Shown here: one piece after another, positions 18,228-28,382 of the stretch
Layout of the letters: the number at the start of each line of letters is the position of its first letter
Numbering within the stretch: the stretch's first letter is position 1
NCBI GenBank assembly: GCA_944391705.1
Contig: CALXUN010000007.1
Span: 197-64,196, forward strand
Source of the DNA: an uncultured Alphaproteobacteria bacterium
GTDB lineage: Bacteria > Pseudomonadota > Alphaproteobacteria > RF32 > CAG-239
Direction: 5' to 3'
Length of the DNA: 64,000 nucleotides
Translations under genes and position numbers: made by a program
Notes under the pieces: generated by a model
The model's database searches: none
What the model was told of the DNA's origin: nothing
What the model saw: only the letters and a program-made list of their open reading frames with translations

Positions 18228-19892
18228 CTAGTAAACAGGACGCTGGTCAAGCAAGCCGCACCAACGTTCAACTTCATCTAAATCAATATAGCCCTTTAAC
18301 ATTCTTTCCAATGCTGCGTCACGAAGCGGCCGGCCGTCCAGTTCACTGGTCCAGTAATCAATGGCACGCTTGGTATCGCCGCTGATCATGAGTTGTAAAA
18401 ACATGGCATCCGGTAAAATAATTTCCGGCACGGACATACGCCCGCTAAAACCTTTATACCCGCAGTATTTACAACCTTCTCCCCGGACAAAAGTATTTTC
18501 AATACCAAAATCACCCAAAGCCGTTTTCAGGCGCTCAAACGAGGGGTCATTCATCCTTTCTTTAATGGATTTGCGGCAGTAGGGGCAAAGTTTACGGAAC
18601 AAACGTTGGGAAATTAATCCTTTGATTAATTCCGGATCGCCCAGCATATATGACTGAATGCCCATATCGCGCAAACGGGTAATAATTGCCGGGGCTGAGT
18701 TTGCGTGTAAAGTTGACCACACACCGTGACCGGATAAAGCACCTTTAAAAGTTAATTCGGCAGCAGATAAGGAACGAATTTCACCGACCATCATAACATC
18801 AGGGTCAGAACGCAAAGCAGCATTTAAGGCCTTGGTAAATTCGGCTTCTTTTTCCTCTTCGGTATTAGCGTTCGTCACCGGCATTTGTCTTGCACCGGGA
18901 ATTGGGTATTCCGGCGGATCTTCCACCGTAATTAAGTTAATTTCATAGTTTTTTTCCTGCAAAAGTTTAATCATGTTTCTTTGCAGGGTTGTTGATTTTC
19001 CGGAACCCGTCGGACCGGCAACGATATTTAAGCCAACCGGTACGGCTCTCAAGCGATAAAATAAATTTTCTTCCCGCTCGCCAAAACCTAAAGATTTCAA
19101 ATCAGAACTGCCGTCCGGGTTGTCATCGGCGTACAAAAGACGCATAACCAGATATTGCGAACCAAAAGCAATCGGGTTAAATTGCAAACGTATAGCCAAA
19201 ACGTTATGCGGCAGCATTAATTTACCGTTAGAACCACGCAACGGTGTTGCGCCCAGTTTCTGAGCACCTTGGAACTCGTTTTGGGCATAGTTTGAGTCGG
19301 AAATATCAGCAGACGCAAAAGCAGCACGAACAAAAGCCTCGCCCCAGTCTTTGTTGTATTCCATTTGCCGTTGCATCATACCGTTAACACGGAACATGAT
19401 AATTGTTGAATCGGCAACAATGACATGGATATCAGATACTTTTTGTGCAGAAGCCCGGGCAATGACATTAATAAAGTCAATTTGCATCTGCATCTGATCA
19501 TGCGATTCACTGTCAACGTTAGCCACGCCGGAACCGCGCTCGGCAAAAGCATAAATAGCGGTAATTTCATTTTGACTGACATATTCCGGAGCTTTGATAG
19601 GAATCTTTCTTCTTTTAATTGTTTTTTCAAAGTTATAAACCGGACCGTCAAAACGATGGTCTTTGGAAACAAGATAGGTTCCGTCTGAAAACAAAGCAAC
19701 CAGACGTCTTGTTTCGTCACTAATCAGAATATCGGAATCAGGCAATGTAAGAAGTTTGTTGCCATTGGCAAACAATTCTTCCAGAATATTTCTTTTCTTA
19801 CCTTGCTCAGTTTCACTCTCAGCTAAATAAGAACCGGAAGACGCTGAAGTCCCGGTCTTATTTTCTTTGCTGTTTTCCGTCTGAGTAGCCAT
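18228..19892 (-). CDS. Type IVb pilus assembly ATPase PilQ (GspE/PilB family)
   Basis: SDIH, GPTGSGKSTTL, TVEDPPEY, LRSDPDVMMVGEIR, GHGVWSTLHANS, CPYC...CKYC Zn motif. Confidence 0.9.
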   Translation of the reverse strand: MATQTENSKENKTGTSASSGSYLAESETEQGKKRNILEELFANGNKLLTLPDSDILISDETRRLVALFSDGTYLVSKDHRFDGPVYNFEKTIKRRKIPIKAPEYVSQNEITAIYAFAERGSGVANVDSESHDQMQMQIDFINVIARASAQKVSDIHVIVADSTIIMFRVNGMMQRQMEYNKDWGEAFVRAAFASADISDSNYAQNEFQGAQKLGATPLRGSNGKLMLPHNVLAIRLQFNPIAFGSQYLVMRLLYADDNPDGSSDLKSLGFGEREENLFYRLRAVPVGLNIVAGPTGSGKSTTLQRNMIKLLQEKNYEINLITVEDPPEYPIPGARQMPVTNANTEEEKEAEFTKALNAALRSDPDVMMVGEIRSLSAAELTFKGALSGHGVWSTLHANSAPAIITRLRDMGIQSYMLGDPELIKGLISQRLFRKLCPYCRKSIKERMNDPSFERLKTALGDFGIENTFVRGEGCKYCGYKGFSGRMSVPEIILPDAMFLQLMISGDTKRAIDYWTSELDGRPLRDAALERMLKGYIDLDEVERWCGLLDQRPVY

Positions 19893-19910
19893 TTTACGAC
19901 ACACCCCGCC

Positions 19911-21437
19911 TTATTTAACGAACATTCCCGTTCCCAATGAAGGTATGCCTCGTTCGGCTGCTACGCCACCGGATGATTTTCTAGGAGCAGCGACGGGTTT
20001 TCTCGGCGCTTTGGCACTTGTTGTTGCCGTTCCTTCCATATTTTCCGGTTCCATGGTCATGGCGCTTCCGCTGGTGTACAGATAATCTTTCAAGCCGTTA
20101 CGGTCAAACTGTATATAGTTGGGCGTAATCGCTTCAATAGCATGTCCGGTCTGCAAGATTGTACCCTTCCGTGCCAGAAAAGATTCTCCTTCCTTATTAA
20201 TAAGTTTTGCAACCAATTCATCACCTTGTCCGGTGATGTCCATTATGGCATATTCTTTTGAAATATTAACCGGAACAATTTTTGCGTCAATGGATGTCGT
20301 AACGGCAGCATTTTTATTTTCGCCGCCTTTATTGGCATCAAAAGGATTTTTTTGCCGGTTTTTGGCAGCCAGAGCTTCAGCTTCAATACGTTTTTTCAAC
20401 TGAATATTCTGAGCCGTCAAACTGGCCAGGGTGCGATCATGGTTGCTTTTGGCATTATTAGCGCTTTGAACGGCTTTATTTGATAAAGTATTCAAAGCAT
20501 CAAGCTTTTGTTTGAAGTTGTCAACCAAAGATTTTCTGTCAGCTTCAATTTGGCGCATTTGCTTATAAACCTCGGCATTTTCGGCAATCCATTTCTGATT
20601 TTGCTCCAACATGCGATTCATGTAAGCGTTTAACACTTTTTTCTGTTTGAGCTTTTCTAATTCGATTTCTTTTTCTTTTAACAGTTGTTGCTCTTTTAAA
20701 ACTTTGGCTTCTTGTTCTTTTTTCCATTCAAACTCTTTACGTTTTTTTTCTTCCTCGGCAGCGGCTTTTTCTTCCAGAGCTTTGGTTCTCTGAGCTTTAA
20801 TGGCTTCAATTTCATTACGAAGTTTTTCGCGTCGCAGTTCCAAGGTCAGCAAAGTTGTCTGTTTTTCAATGTCAGACATCTGGCTGAACAGATCGTTGTC
20901 TATTTTTGCCAGAACATCATCCCCGAATTCCTTTGTACTTTGAGGCTTGGGAGCTTCCTGCTTTGCAGCCATAAGCGGGTTAGTGTTTCCGGTTGTCGGG
21001 CCGGATGCCGCCGGTTTTGATGCCGTTGCAGGCAAAGGAGGAACATCGCTTTCAACGCCTAAAGAAAAATCCATATCCTGATCAAAGTTTTCAGGACTTG
21101 GCGCTGCTTCTGCATTTGTTTCGGCAGGCAAGGCCGGAACGGAAGCAGGCGCCGGAACAACATCATTAGAAGCGGCTTTGGGCGCCGGAGAAATTAAACC
21201 GGCATTGTCCAGGGGAATAACCTCGTCATTAGGCAGAGAACTTGGCAAATCAGTATCCATAGACAGTTCTGCCGAAGGGACAGCAGCCTCATTGGCATTG
21301 TTATCAGGTGCAGATGCTTCGTTGTCTTCAACCAGTGAGACAACGCCCTGCGCCTCACAGGGCTTGACTGCATTTAAAGTAATAAATGAAATCAAAGCGG
21401 CTGTAAGTAAATTTTTATATAAAAGCTTATAATACAT
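19911..21437 (-). CDS. Enlarged PilP-like pilus biogenesis protein
   Basis: Signal peptide, Pro/Ala linker, long coiled coil, C-terminal IMDITGQGDELVAKL..G...KGTILQTGHAIEAIT beta domain; lies between pilO and pilQ. Confidence 0.6.
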   Translation of the reverse strand: MYYKLLYKNLLTAALISFITLNAVKPCEAQGVVSLVEDNEASAPDNNANEAAVPSAELSMDTDLPSSLPNDEVIPLDNAGLISPAPKAASNDVVPAPASVPALPAETNAEAAPSPENFDQDMDFSLGVESDVPPLPATASKPAASGPTTGNTNPLMAAKQEAPKPQSTKEFGDDVLAKIDNDLFSQMSDIEKQTTLLTLELRREKLRNEIEAIKAQRTKALEEKAAAEEEKKRKEFEWKKEQEAKVLKEQQLLKEKEIELEKLKQKKVLNAYMNRMLEQNQKWIAENAEVYKQMRQIEADRKSLVDNFKQKLDALNTLSNKAVQSANNAKSNHDRTLASLTAQNIQLKKRIEAEALAAKNRQKNPFDANKGGENKNAAVTTSIDAKIVPVNISKEYAIMDITGQGDELVAKLINKEGESFLARKGTILQTGHAIEAITPNYIQFDRNGLKDYLYTSGSAMTMEPENMEGTATTSAKAPRKPVAAPRKSSGGVAAERGIPSLGTGMFVK

Positions 21438-22716
21438 ATATCGCTCCTTCGTAATACCAGTTATGGCTGTTTATATCATATTTAATAGTATTAATCTTAA
21501 GTCCTGAAAAATTCATTAACAAATCTTTCCATTGCAACGGATCATGATTTGATGTGAAATTGAATTTAACGGAACGGTAGACATTTTTTTGCGGGGAAGT
21601 CCATGTTTCCGTGTTCATATTAATTGACATCTGAATGGCCTGGAACAAATCATTAATCATATTAACCAAATCGACCCCGTTTTTTTCCGGCGGAGAATTT
21701 AAGTTTTTGACATCGGTTATCGGTACGGACACAACAACACTGTCGCCTCGGGCCGAAATTGACCGACTGGAAAAGGTAACGCCTGAATTATTCAACGCAT
21801 GATCCATCCATGACAGCCGTCCAACTTCACGTTTCCATGATGTCACCAATCCGGTCGGTGTACAGGTAATGCCCTCAATTTTCCATCCCGGTACAATAAT
21901 ACTGACCACATCTTGGGTTGCCTTATAACATTTTTCCAAAATGGCCTGCGGATCTGGAATACTTTCCCAGGGTTTGGGTTCCGGCGGCGGGGGAGCCTTT
22001 TCGATTTTTTTAACGGGAACCGGTGCAATAATAGGCTTTTTAGGAGGAGCAAGGAAAATTGAATTAATCAAAGTTGAAACCAACCAGATGGCCACAACGG
22101 CAATTGCAGCCACAACGGCAAACAACTTTGGTCCCCGGAGGGCACGTATTTTTTGTAAATATGCCGTAGCTCCCTTGTCAACCATACTTTCAAGAGACAT
22201 TTCTTCTGTCTCTTCAATTCCCCATTCGGCCGGTGCAATCTTGCGTCCCCAGTCAGGAACGGCCAGCATGGACATAAATTGTTCTCTGGCGTCTTCTTCA
22301 TTTAAGAACAGCATATCACCGTCAGAAAGGATAATATCATTTCTGGCGCAAACGTACCACCATCCGCTATTTACTTTAAAAACCGCCAAAAAAGACGATC
22401 TGTCCGATAATGCCGTAGCAACAGTAACAGCTGCTGCCGGCATTTTCTTTTTATATCCCTGATATGATACGCAAAGACCAAATTGAGGAGATTTGCCGGG
22501 TTTAAGACAGAATAAATCAGCTCCTTCCAAAACATTTTCGGAAGCTTCAATGATTTCCGTAAAAGGGTCGTCCCGGTTTTGTAACGGCTGCCAGAAGAGG
22601 CTGGCGGCGTAAGGCACACCGCCAATTTCAAAGTTGGTTCCCCAAGCTTTGGCTTCATCTCTTTCCGGAGCTGCTTCACCGGAATAGTTTTCATCTAAAT
22701 TAGCATCTTCCAGCAC
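21427..22716 (-). CDS. Type IVb pilus accessory protein PilO2
   Basis: YAASLFWQPL, AAAVTVA, WWYVCARNDIILSDGD, AP.EW, central TM, PPPEPKPW, PGWKIEGITC. Confidence 0.8.
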   Translation of the reverse strand: MLEDANLDENYSGEAAPERDEAKAWGTNFEIGGVPYAASLFWQPLQNRDDPFTEIIEASENVLEGADLFCLKPGKSPQFGLCVSYQGYKKKMPAAAVTVATALSDRSSFLAVFKVNSGWWYVCARNDIILSDGDMLFLNEEDAREQFMSMLAVPDWGRKIAPAEWGIEETEEMSLESMVDKGATAYLQKIRALRGPKLFAVVAAIAVVAIWLVSTLINSIFLAPPKKPIIAPVPVKKIEKAPPPPEPKPWESIPDPQAILEKCYKATQDVVSIIVPGWKIEGITCTPTGLVTSWKREVGRLSWMDHALNNSGVTFSSRSISARGDSVVVSVPITDVKNLNSPPEKNGVDLVNMINDLFQAIQMSINMNTETWTSPQKNVYRSVKFNFTSNHDPLQWKDLLMNFSGLKINTIKYDINSHNWYYEGAIYVL

Positions 22717-22731
22717 GGTTTTTCCTTTCCG

Positions 22732-24372
22732 TTAATAATTCATTCTCGATTCAGGAGATAAAGGTGTATTCAGCACCACCGGCGTCAGCATAATCACCAA
22801 AATACTTCTGGTTTTTTCAGCTGTGGCCGTACCACCCAAAAGCGAATTTTCCGCAGAGCCGACACCGGTTTTGTTTGCCGTGTTTTCAACTCTCTCATAG
22901 CCGCTCAAAATCAGCGTTTCGCCAGATTTCAAAGCAACTTCCTGCGTAAAGCCGCGAGTTTCAATAATCGGGTTTTGAATATACTGACCGCTGGTTTCTT
23001 CCGAACCTTCGCCGCTGCCGCCCAAGTCAACTCTTTCCAACTCAATCAAGTCAGACAATGTCAGGTTAAACATCAGCATCAAACGGCCATGTTCCAAAAT
23101 CCGCGGCAACACATCAAGTGTGAAACCTGTTTCAATTTCTTCGGTTTCCGTTGACAAGTCATAGTAGCTGCCATCGCTGCCTGAATTTGTCTTCGTGATT
23201 TCGGAAATATAATTCTGGGTTCGGACAACTTGAATAGGTGCCGGCTTATTATTTAAAGTCGTAACCGTACCGCTGGTAACCAACGTTGTCGTACCTTGTT
23301 CAGACAAAGCTTGAATAGCGCCTTGCAGCGTCCAGCTACCGGAAACAATCGCCATTGACAAGTTTTCGGTAATTTCAGCACCCAAACCGCTACCTGGGCT
23401 GGCAAATCCCAAGTCAGTAATGTGGCTACCGCTGATACCGCCGTCGGCTCTGGTGCCGTTAAACACGGCGCCCAAGTTCAAGCCGTATTGATCGCTGTCT
23501 GAAATCGTAACTTGCAACACTTTAACGCTGATAGCTACTTGCCGTGACAATCTAACGTTCTGTTCATTAACAAATTTTGCCACTTTACGGATATCTGTCG
23601 GTGTACCGGTTAAGGTAATGGTACCGTTGGACTGATCCATTGTCAGTTGTGCTCCTTGGCTGATCATTGATTTAATTGAGGATTCAATATTTGTCCACAA
23701 ATCAATGTTTGCCGTATTGGTCAAAGATACAGATGACGAGCCTGCACTGCCTTCCGTAGATGAGCCGCCGACATTAACCGACAGCGTCGGCTTGGTCGGA
23801 AGAGTGTATAATACGAAAGTTTTAGTAATATATTTATAAAAATAAATTTGCTTATTTTCATACTTCCACCAAATGCCGAAACGGTTTGATACTTCATCAA
23901 GCAAGCCGCTTAACGGACCTTTGTAAGAAACAAGCATTTTAGTGCTGTCTGTCCATTGGGCGCCGATAGTTTCCAGACTGGGGGCATTCCCATCAGCCAG
24001 ACTTTTAGAATTTTCTTCCAGTTCCTGATCATAGCGGACAGACAAAGAGGTGATTTTATTAATCATGTCACCGATTTCAAACAAAGTAATCGGGCGGTTA
24101 CTGATTAAAGTAACACCATCTGCCGTTTCCAGATAGCTGGGAACAGGGTCGCCTTCATACTCAATCTCGCTGGTATCTCCAAGCCATATATCATCCTTAA
24201 CCCGGATGACATCGGTAGGAGCAGGCGTAGTCGGCACTTTTGCCTCTTCTTTGAGAGCAACTGTGTTTTCGACCTCCCGGTCCAGCGTGGCGTCCAAATC
24301 GGTTGAAACGGAGCAGGCTGCCACAAGCCCGGCTACGGTCGTTCCAATAGCCAAATTGATAATTTTATTCAT
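22732..24372 (-). CDS. PilN-family lipoprotein secretin
   Basis: Lipobox LVAAC, YKGPLSGLLDEV..RFGIWW, RQVAISVKVLQV, TTLNNKPAP, LKSGETLILSG, LVIMLTP. Confidence 0.9.
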   Translation of the reverse strand: MNKIINLAIGTTVAGLVAACSVSTDLDATLDREVENTVALKEEAKVPTTPAPTDVIRVKDDIWLGDTSEIEYEGDPVPSYLETADGVTLISNRPITLFEIGDMINKITSLSVRYDQELEENSKSLADGNAPSLETIGAQWTDSTKMLVSYKGPLSGLLDEVSNRFGIWWKYENKQIYFYKYITKTFVLYTLPTKPTLSVNVGGSSTEGSAGSSSVSLTNTANIDLWTNIESSIKSMISQGAQLTMDQSNGTITLTGTPTDIRKVAKFVNEQNVRLSRQVAISVKVLQVTISDSDQYGLNLGAVFNGTRADGGISGSHITDLGFASPGSGLGAEITENLSMAIVSGSWTLQGAIQALSEQGTTTLVTSGTVTTLNNKPAPIQVVRTQNYISEITKTNSGSDGSYYDLSTETEEIETGFTLDVLPRILEHGRLMLMFNLTLSDLIELERVDLGGSGEGSEETSGQYIQNPIIETRGFTQEVALKSGETLILSGYERVENTANKTGVGSAENSLLGGTATAEKTRSILVIMLTPVVLNTPLSPESRMNY

Positions 24373-25114
24373 ATGCATTCTCATCCTCCATTGTTTCAAC
24401 CACTAAGACACGGTTTCCTTTATAAAAAGTTGCAATCGGTGCCGGCCGTGCTCTGGCAAAAGCTCTGATTAAAGCTGAACTGACGTCGGCAAACCGTCCT
24501 CTGAACATAGCGCCGGCACTTAAAACATAATTACGGTTGGTATTCCAGACCAGGCGCCAGCCGGATTTTTCACTCCATTCGGTTAAAAGGGCTTTTAAAT
24601 TCTGTCCTTCTTCGGCCAGCCAATCCTGAACAGGGTCTTCAATGTCTTCCATATCTTCTTCATCTTCAATATCACCGCTTAAGCCGTCTTCGGTGTCGGC
24701 AATTTCCTCTTCAACGGTTTCTGTTGTTTCAGAGGTTAACTCTGAGCCGGGATTGATTTGTTCTTCATATTCAATAACCTCGTCTTCAATGGACGGCGGA
24801 ATGGAAGCCGAAAGATTGTTGCCGGCTGCAGCCTGGGATATCATTGAATCACGAGGCGTTCTTTCGCCGTATTCTCTATAGTCAGCTGCCGTTCTCGTAT
24901 AATTGACAAACGGGTCCGTCGGGCACAATTCCGGATCATTCGTCGTCTGACAAATATAATCATCCGGCGGCAGGGTAACATTTTCCGCAGCGACAACCGG
25001 TACAGGACAATTGGGGCCGCTGCATTGAGCTGTATATGCGGAATTGTTGCGCACACAGCCGGCTATGCCCAAAAGGCCGATCAGGCAGGCCGGTAAAAAT
25101 AGTTTTTTATTCAT
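24365..25114 (-). CDS. PilL/TcpQ-domain lipoprotein
   Basis: Lipobox IAGC, acidic linker, C-terminal WLAEEGQNLKALLTEWSEKSGWRLVW...F.G.F TcpQ pattern. Confidence 0.75.
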   Translation of the reverse strand: MNKKLFLPACLIGLLGIAGCVRNNSAYTAQCSGPNCPVPVVAAENVTLPPDDYICQTTNDPELCPTDPFVNYTRTAADYREYGERTPRDSMISQAAAGNNLSASIPPSIEDEVIEYEEQINPGSELTSETTETVEEEIADTEDGLSGDIEDEEDMEDIEDPVQDWLAEEGQNLKALLTEWSEKSGWRLVWNTNRNYVLSAGAMFRGRFADVSSALIRAFARARPAPIATFYKGNRVLVVETMEDENAYE

Positions 25115-25198
25115 GTTTAATTCCCCTTTGTCATACTTCATAATATTTTCCAATCATACAGGCTGCAAATTAAATAATCAAGTTTTACAAAACACTTA

Positions 25199-27025
25199 TT
25201 ACCATGGACGATAATAAGAATTATTGCTGCTGTTTTTATTTACCACAACCTCTTCATTGTTGTTAAAACGAATATTCCTAATAATAAATGAATTTGGCTC
25301 GCGCGATGTGAAAACAATATTTATTTTTCTGAAATCAACACCGCGGTTGGCTAAAATGGTGCTTAGCAGGTTCAAACGCTTTTTTTGCAGAGCAAAAGAG
25401 CTGGTTCCGTCAATTCTGATTTCAATATACATGTCGTTGTTATCGCGGGCGGTGTCGGCAAAAGCGTGTATCCACCGCAGTGTTTGACCGGAAATTTCAG
25501 CCCTGTTCGGTTGAAATGAAAGGCGCAGCTCAGCCGGTAAAATTTGCGTATCTGTTTTATTTTCATCTTCACCGGAAACAAAGCCGAAAAAGTCAATGCC
25601 GCTTTTTTTGCCGGAAGTTTTCTTCTGAACTTTTTGTTCTTTGTTTGTCGTGCTTTCTTTATCATCGGAAAACCAGGAGGCAATGCTCTTAAACAAACCG
25701 CTTTGTTTTTCGTTCTCGTTTAACTTTTTGTTGTTAACAACTGTTTTTTGTGCGGCATTTTTTTCAGCTTTCTTCTCAGTATCGTCAGGTTTCTCTTGCG
25801 GCGATGCCGTTAACTGAGGCGTAAGGTTCGTGTCGTTCATAATATCTTCCGGAATAGGAATAAGCAGATTTTGTATCATCTGATAAGCAACTTTTGTTTC
25901 TGTTCCGTCTTTGGCGTTTGTTTCCGGTTTTAAAGCATCTGAAACTTTTTTACTTTCTTCATCGGTAATGCCCGGCGTATTTTCGCCGGCGGGAGATGTT
26001 TCTTTGGAAACGGAAGGATCTTCTTTGGAAAAACGTTCGACAATGGCTTGATTTTTGGCAAATTTGTTACCTTTTGCCACAACCCACGGGCTGTCATTTT
26101 CCTCTTTTTCCGACATTTGAGTCCATTCGTCTTGTTTCAAGTCGGCTTCGGCCAGCGTTTTTTCTTCAGGTTCTTCAATTTCTTCAATTGTGCTGACCAG
26201 GTTGTTTGGTTCCAGCATGGCAATTTGCGCCGAACCTGTATTTTGGGCAACATTTATATGTGCATGAAGGGTGTCGTTTCCTTCCAAAAGCGGAATATCG
26301 CTTTCTTCACCTTCAAGAAGAGATTGTTCGGAAATATTTGTTGTGTTCGGCAAGTCGTTTGCGGCAACAAGAAGTTTTTGCGGCTGTTCGGTGTTGTTCG
26401 CACCTTCGGGGGTATAGATGGCTTCCGGCAGATTTTCCGGTTCCGGATTGTTTTCATTATTGTTCGTATCAAAGGTGTCGCTGATGTCAGCATAAACGAT
26501 GCCGTTTTTTTCATAATCGTTTACCGGTTCGGCTTTGGTGATGATATTTTCTTTTTCCAGGATGATTTCTTTGGCGGCGGCCAGATCGGTATTAATTGTT
26601 TCTTTTTTTGTTTCCGATATAGCCGGGGTGATTTTTTGGACATCCGGTTCTTTAATGCTTGAAGCCGGCATTAAATCCGGCAGGTTTGCTCCGATAATAA
26701 TATTATCAGATGTGTCGGGCGGAGGCGGCGGCAGAGCACCGGCAGCAAACACAGCCGTACTTCGATGGTCTGTAATGTTTTCTAAAGGTGGAACGGCTGC
26801 TGTTAATTTTTCAATTTCGCTGATATCAACAGAGCTGTTTTCAACCATTGGCGTCAAATTATCAGAAGGAGCGGAAAATAAAGAAATGTTCTGAATTTTT
26901 GTGCTTTTTTCCGTTTTCCGATTTTCTGTTTCCGGGGCATGCATAAACACTTTATTGACGCAGATAACGGCCAATAAAGAAAATAAAAAGCTGCAAATAA
27001 AATTTTTTATGCTTTGTTTATGCAT
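25199..27025 (-). CDS. Membrane-anchored acidic protein with a degenerate OmpA-like C-terminal domain
   Basis: N-terminal TM, ~450 aa low-complexity E/N/P/T region, C-terminal LSFQPNRAEIS...LQKKRLNLLSTILANRGVD; heads the pil operon. Confidence 0.5.
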   Translation of the reverse strand: MHKQSIKNFICSFLFSLLAVICVNKVFMHAPETENRKTEKSTKIQNISLFSAPSDNLTPMVENSSVDISEIEKLTAAVPPLENITDHRSTAVFAAGALPPPPPDTSDNIIIGANLPDLMPASSIKEPDVQKITPAISETKKETINTDLAAAKEIILEKENIITKAEPVNDYEKNGIVYADISDTFDTNNNENNPEPENLPEAIYTPEGANNTEQPQKLLVAANDLPNTTNISEQSLLEGEESDIPLLEGNDTLHAHINVAQNTGSAQIAMLEPNNLVSTIEEIEEPEEKTLAEADLKQDEWTQMSEKEENDSPWVVAKGNKFAKNQAIVERFSKEDPSVSKETSPAGENTPGITDEESKKVSDALKPETNAKDGTETKVAYQMIQNLLIPIPEDIMNDTNLTPQLTASPQEKPDDTEKKAEKNAAQKTVVNNKKLNENEKQSGLFKSIASWFSDDKESTTNKEQKVQKKTSGKKSGIDFFGFVSGEDENKTDTQILPAELRLSFQPNRAEISGQTLRWIHAFADTARDNNDMYIEIRIDGTSSFALQKKRLNLLSTILANRGVDFRKINIVFTSREPNSFIIRNIRFNNNEEVVVNKNSSNNSYYRPW

Positions 27026-27129
27026 TATTTTATTATACTCCGATGTGGAAAAAGACGTAAAAACAATTTATTAAAAAGATTTACATGTTTTTCCGCGGTT
27101 TTGTTGCTTAAACGATACAACTAATAATA

Positions 27130-27144
27130 TTAAAATAGGGTTAA
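27130..27144. promoter_or_regulatory. Possible CtrA-type box TTAA-N7-TTAA in the divergent pil/virB intergenic region
   Basis: TTAAaatagggTTAA; the AT-rich background makes a chance match possible. Confidence 0.3.
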
Positions 27145-27455
27145 TAGAAAGAGTTAGGGTGTTTTTTTTGTAAAGCAGGCGTTGTTTTATTTAAATTGAA
27201 AAGTTTCAACATGCTTTTGCTGATTGATAAAATTTTTTAAGAAAAGAAATTAGAAGTTTATTTACTTTTATTGGCTATAAAATAATGGATTGGATGCCTG
27301 TGTTGAATGTGAATTTTTTGTTACACGGTTTATTTTTTTAATTAAAACAATATGTTGGTATGTTTTTGGTAATTGAAAAAAAACTGGTAAAATGATTTCA
27401 AATCTGGTATTCTAAAAATGTATAAGAAGTTTTGTGATAACTTAGGAGAAAAGCA

Positions 27456-27812
27456 ATGAAGTTTCTTAAAAATAATATCTTCACCCTGCTCGCCTTAGGG
27501 TTGGTGTTTGTCTTGGCAGTTACCTGCGATGCAAATGCTGGTAGTGTTGGCGGAGCCAGTGTTATGACAACAGCCAGACAGAAAGCGGTTGATGTGTTTA
27601 AGGCTGTTAAAACCATTGTTTTCGTAATTGGTGGTTTCGGTTTGGTAGCTTTAGCATTTCAGGCGATTTTCGGTAAAGTTAAATGGCCTTGGTTTGCGGG
27701 TCTTGCCGTTGGTCTGGCCATTCTGGCTGCTGCCGGGGCAATTGTTGAATATGCTACGGGTGATACTGATGCCGGTACGCAGGAGATGGGTGATACTTTT
27801 GGTAATATTTAA
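27456..27812 (+). CDS. TrbC/VirB2-like pilin 1 (probable major pilin)
   Basis: Signal peptide (ANA), two hydrophobic helices joined by AIFGKVKWPW; AGGAG RBS; upstream of virB3/virB4. Confidence 0.75.
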   Translation: MKFLKNNIFTLLALGLVFVLAVTCDANAGSVGGASVMTTARQKAVDVFKAVKTIVFVIGGFGLVALAFQAIFGKVKWPWFAGLAVGLAILAAAGAIVEYATGDTDAGTQEMGDTFGNI

Positions 27813-27828
27813 CACTCCGAAACAGTTA

Positions 27829-27859
27829 AGGGAAAAGCCATTTCGGCTTTTCCCTGTTT
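27829..27859 (+). terminator. Hairpin after the first pilin gene
   Basis: agggaaaagcc-atttc-ggcttttccct followed by gttt. Confidence 0.65.
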
Positions 27860-27997
27860 GGGAGGTTTTTGACCTGATTGGAAAATAAAGAAGCCGGGCT
27901 GAACAAAACATTGTACCTATTTAGGTTGCCGGAGTATTAATATAAACAGAGCGGTTTTCTTTAAGACGAATTTTACAGATAATGAAGGGGCTGATGG

Positions 27998-28351
27998 ATG
28001 TTGGGTGTAAATTTTAAGAAATATATTTGTGCAGGACTGCTGGCATTTGCACTTTCTTCGATTTTATGCGCAACAGATTCTTATGCCGTGTTTGAAAATT
28101 TAACCAGCACCGGCTGGGAAATTTTCGGCGGCATGCGTAAAATTATTTTCGGCGCCGCCGGCTTTGGTATCATTGCTATTGCCATCGGCAGTTTTTTTGG
28201 CGCCTTAAACTGGAAATGGCTGAGTGCAATTATTATCGGTTTGATCGTAATTGCCTTAACCGTTGGTCTGGTACAATATCTGGTAGCAGGTACCGGGGCG
28301 GATATCAGTGTTTCGGGCATAACCGATACATTGGTAAACGCGGAAGGATAA
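27998..28351 (+). CDS. TrbC/VirB2-like pilin 2
   Basis: Signal peptide, IIFGAAGFGIIAIAIGSFFGALNWKW; paralogous to pilin 1. Confidence 0.7.
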   Translation: MLGVNFKKYICAGLLAFALSSILCATDSYAVFENLTSTGWEIFGGMRKIIFGAAGFGIIAIAIGSFFGALNWKWLSAIIIGLIVIALTVGLVQYLVAGTGADISVSGITDTLVNAEG

Positions 28352-28382
28352 ATATTGATAACCTGATTTTAAGGAGGTGGTC

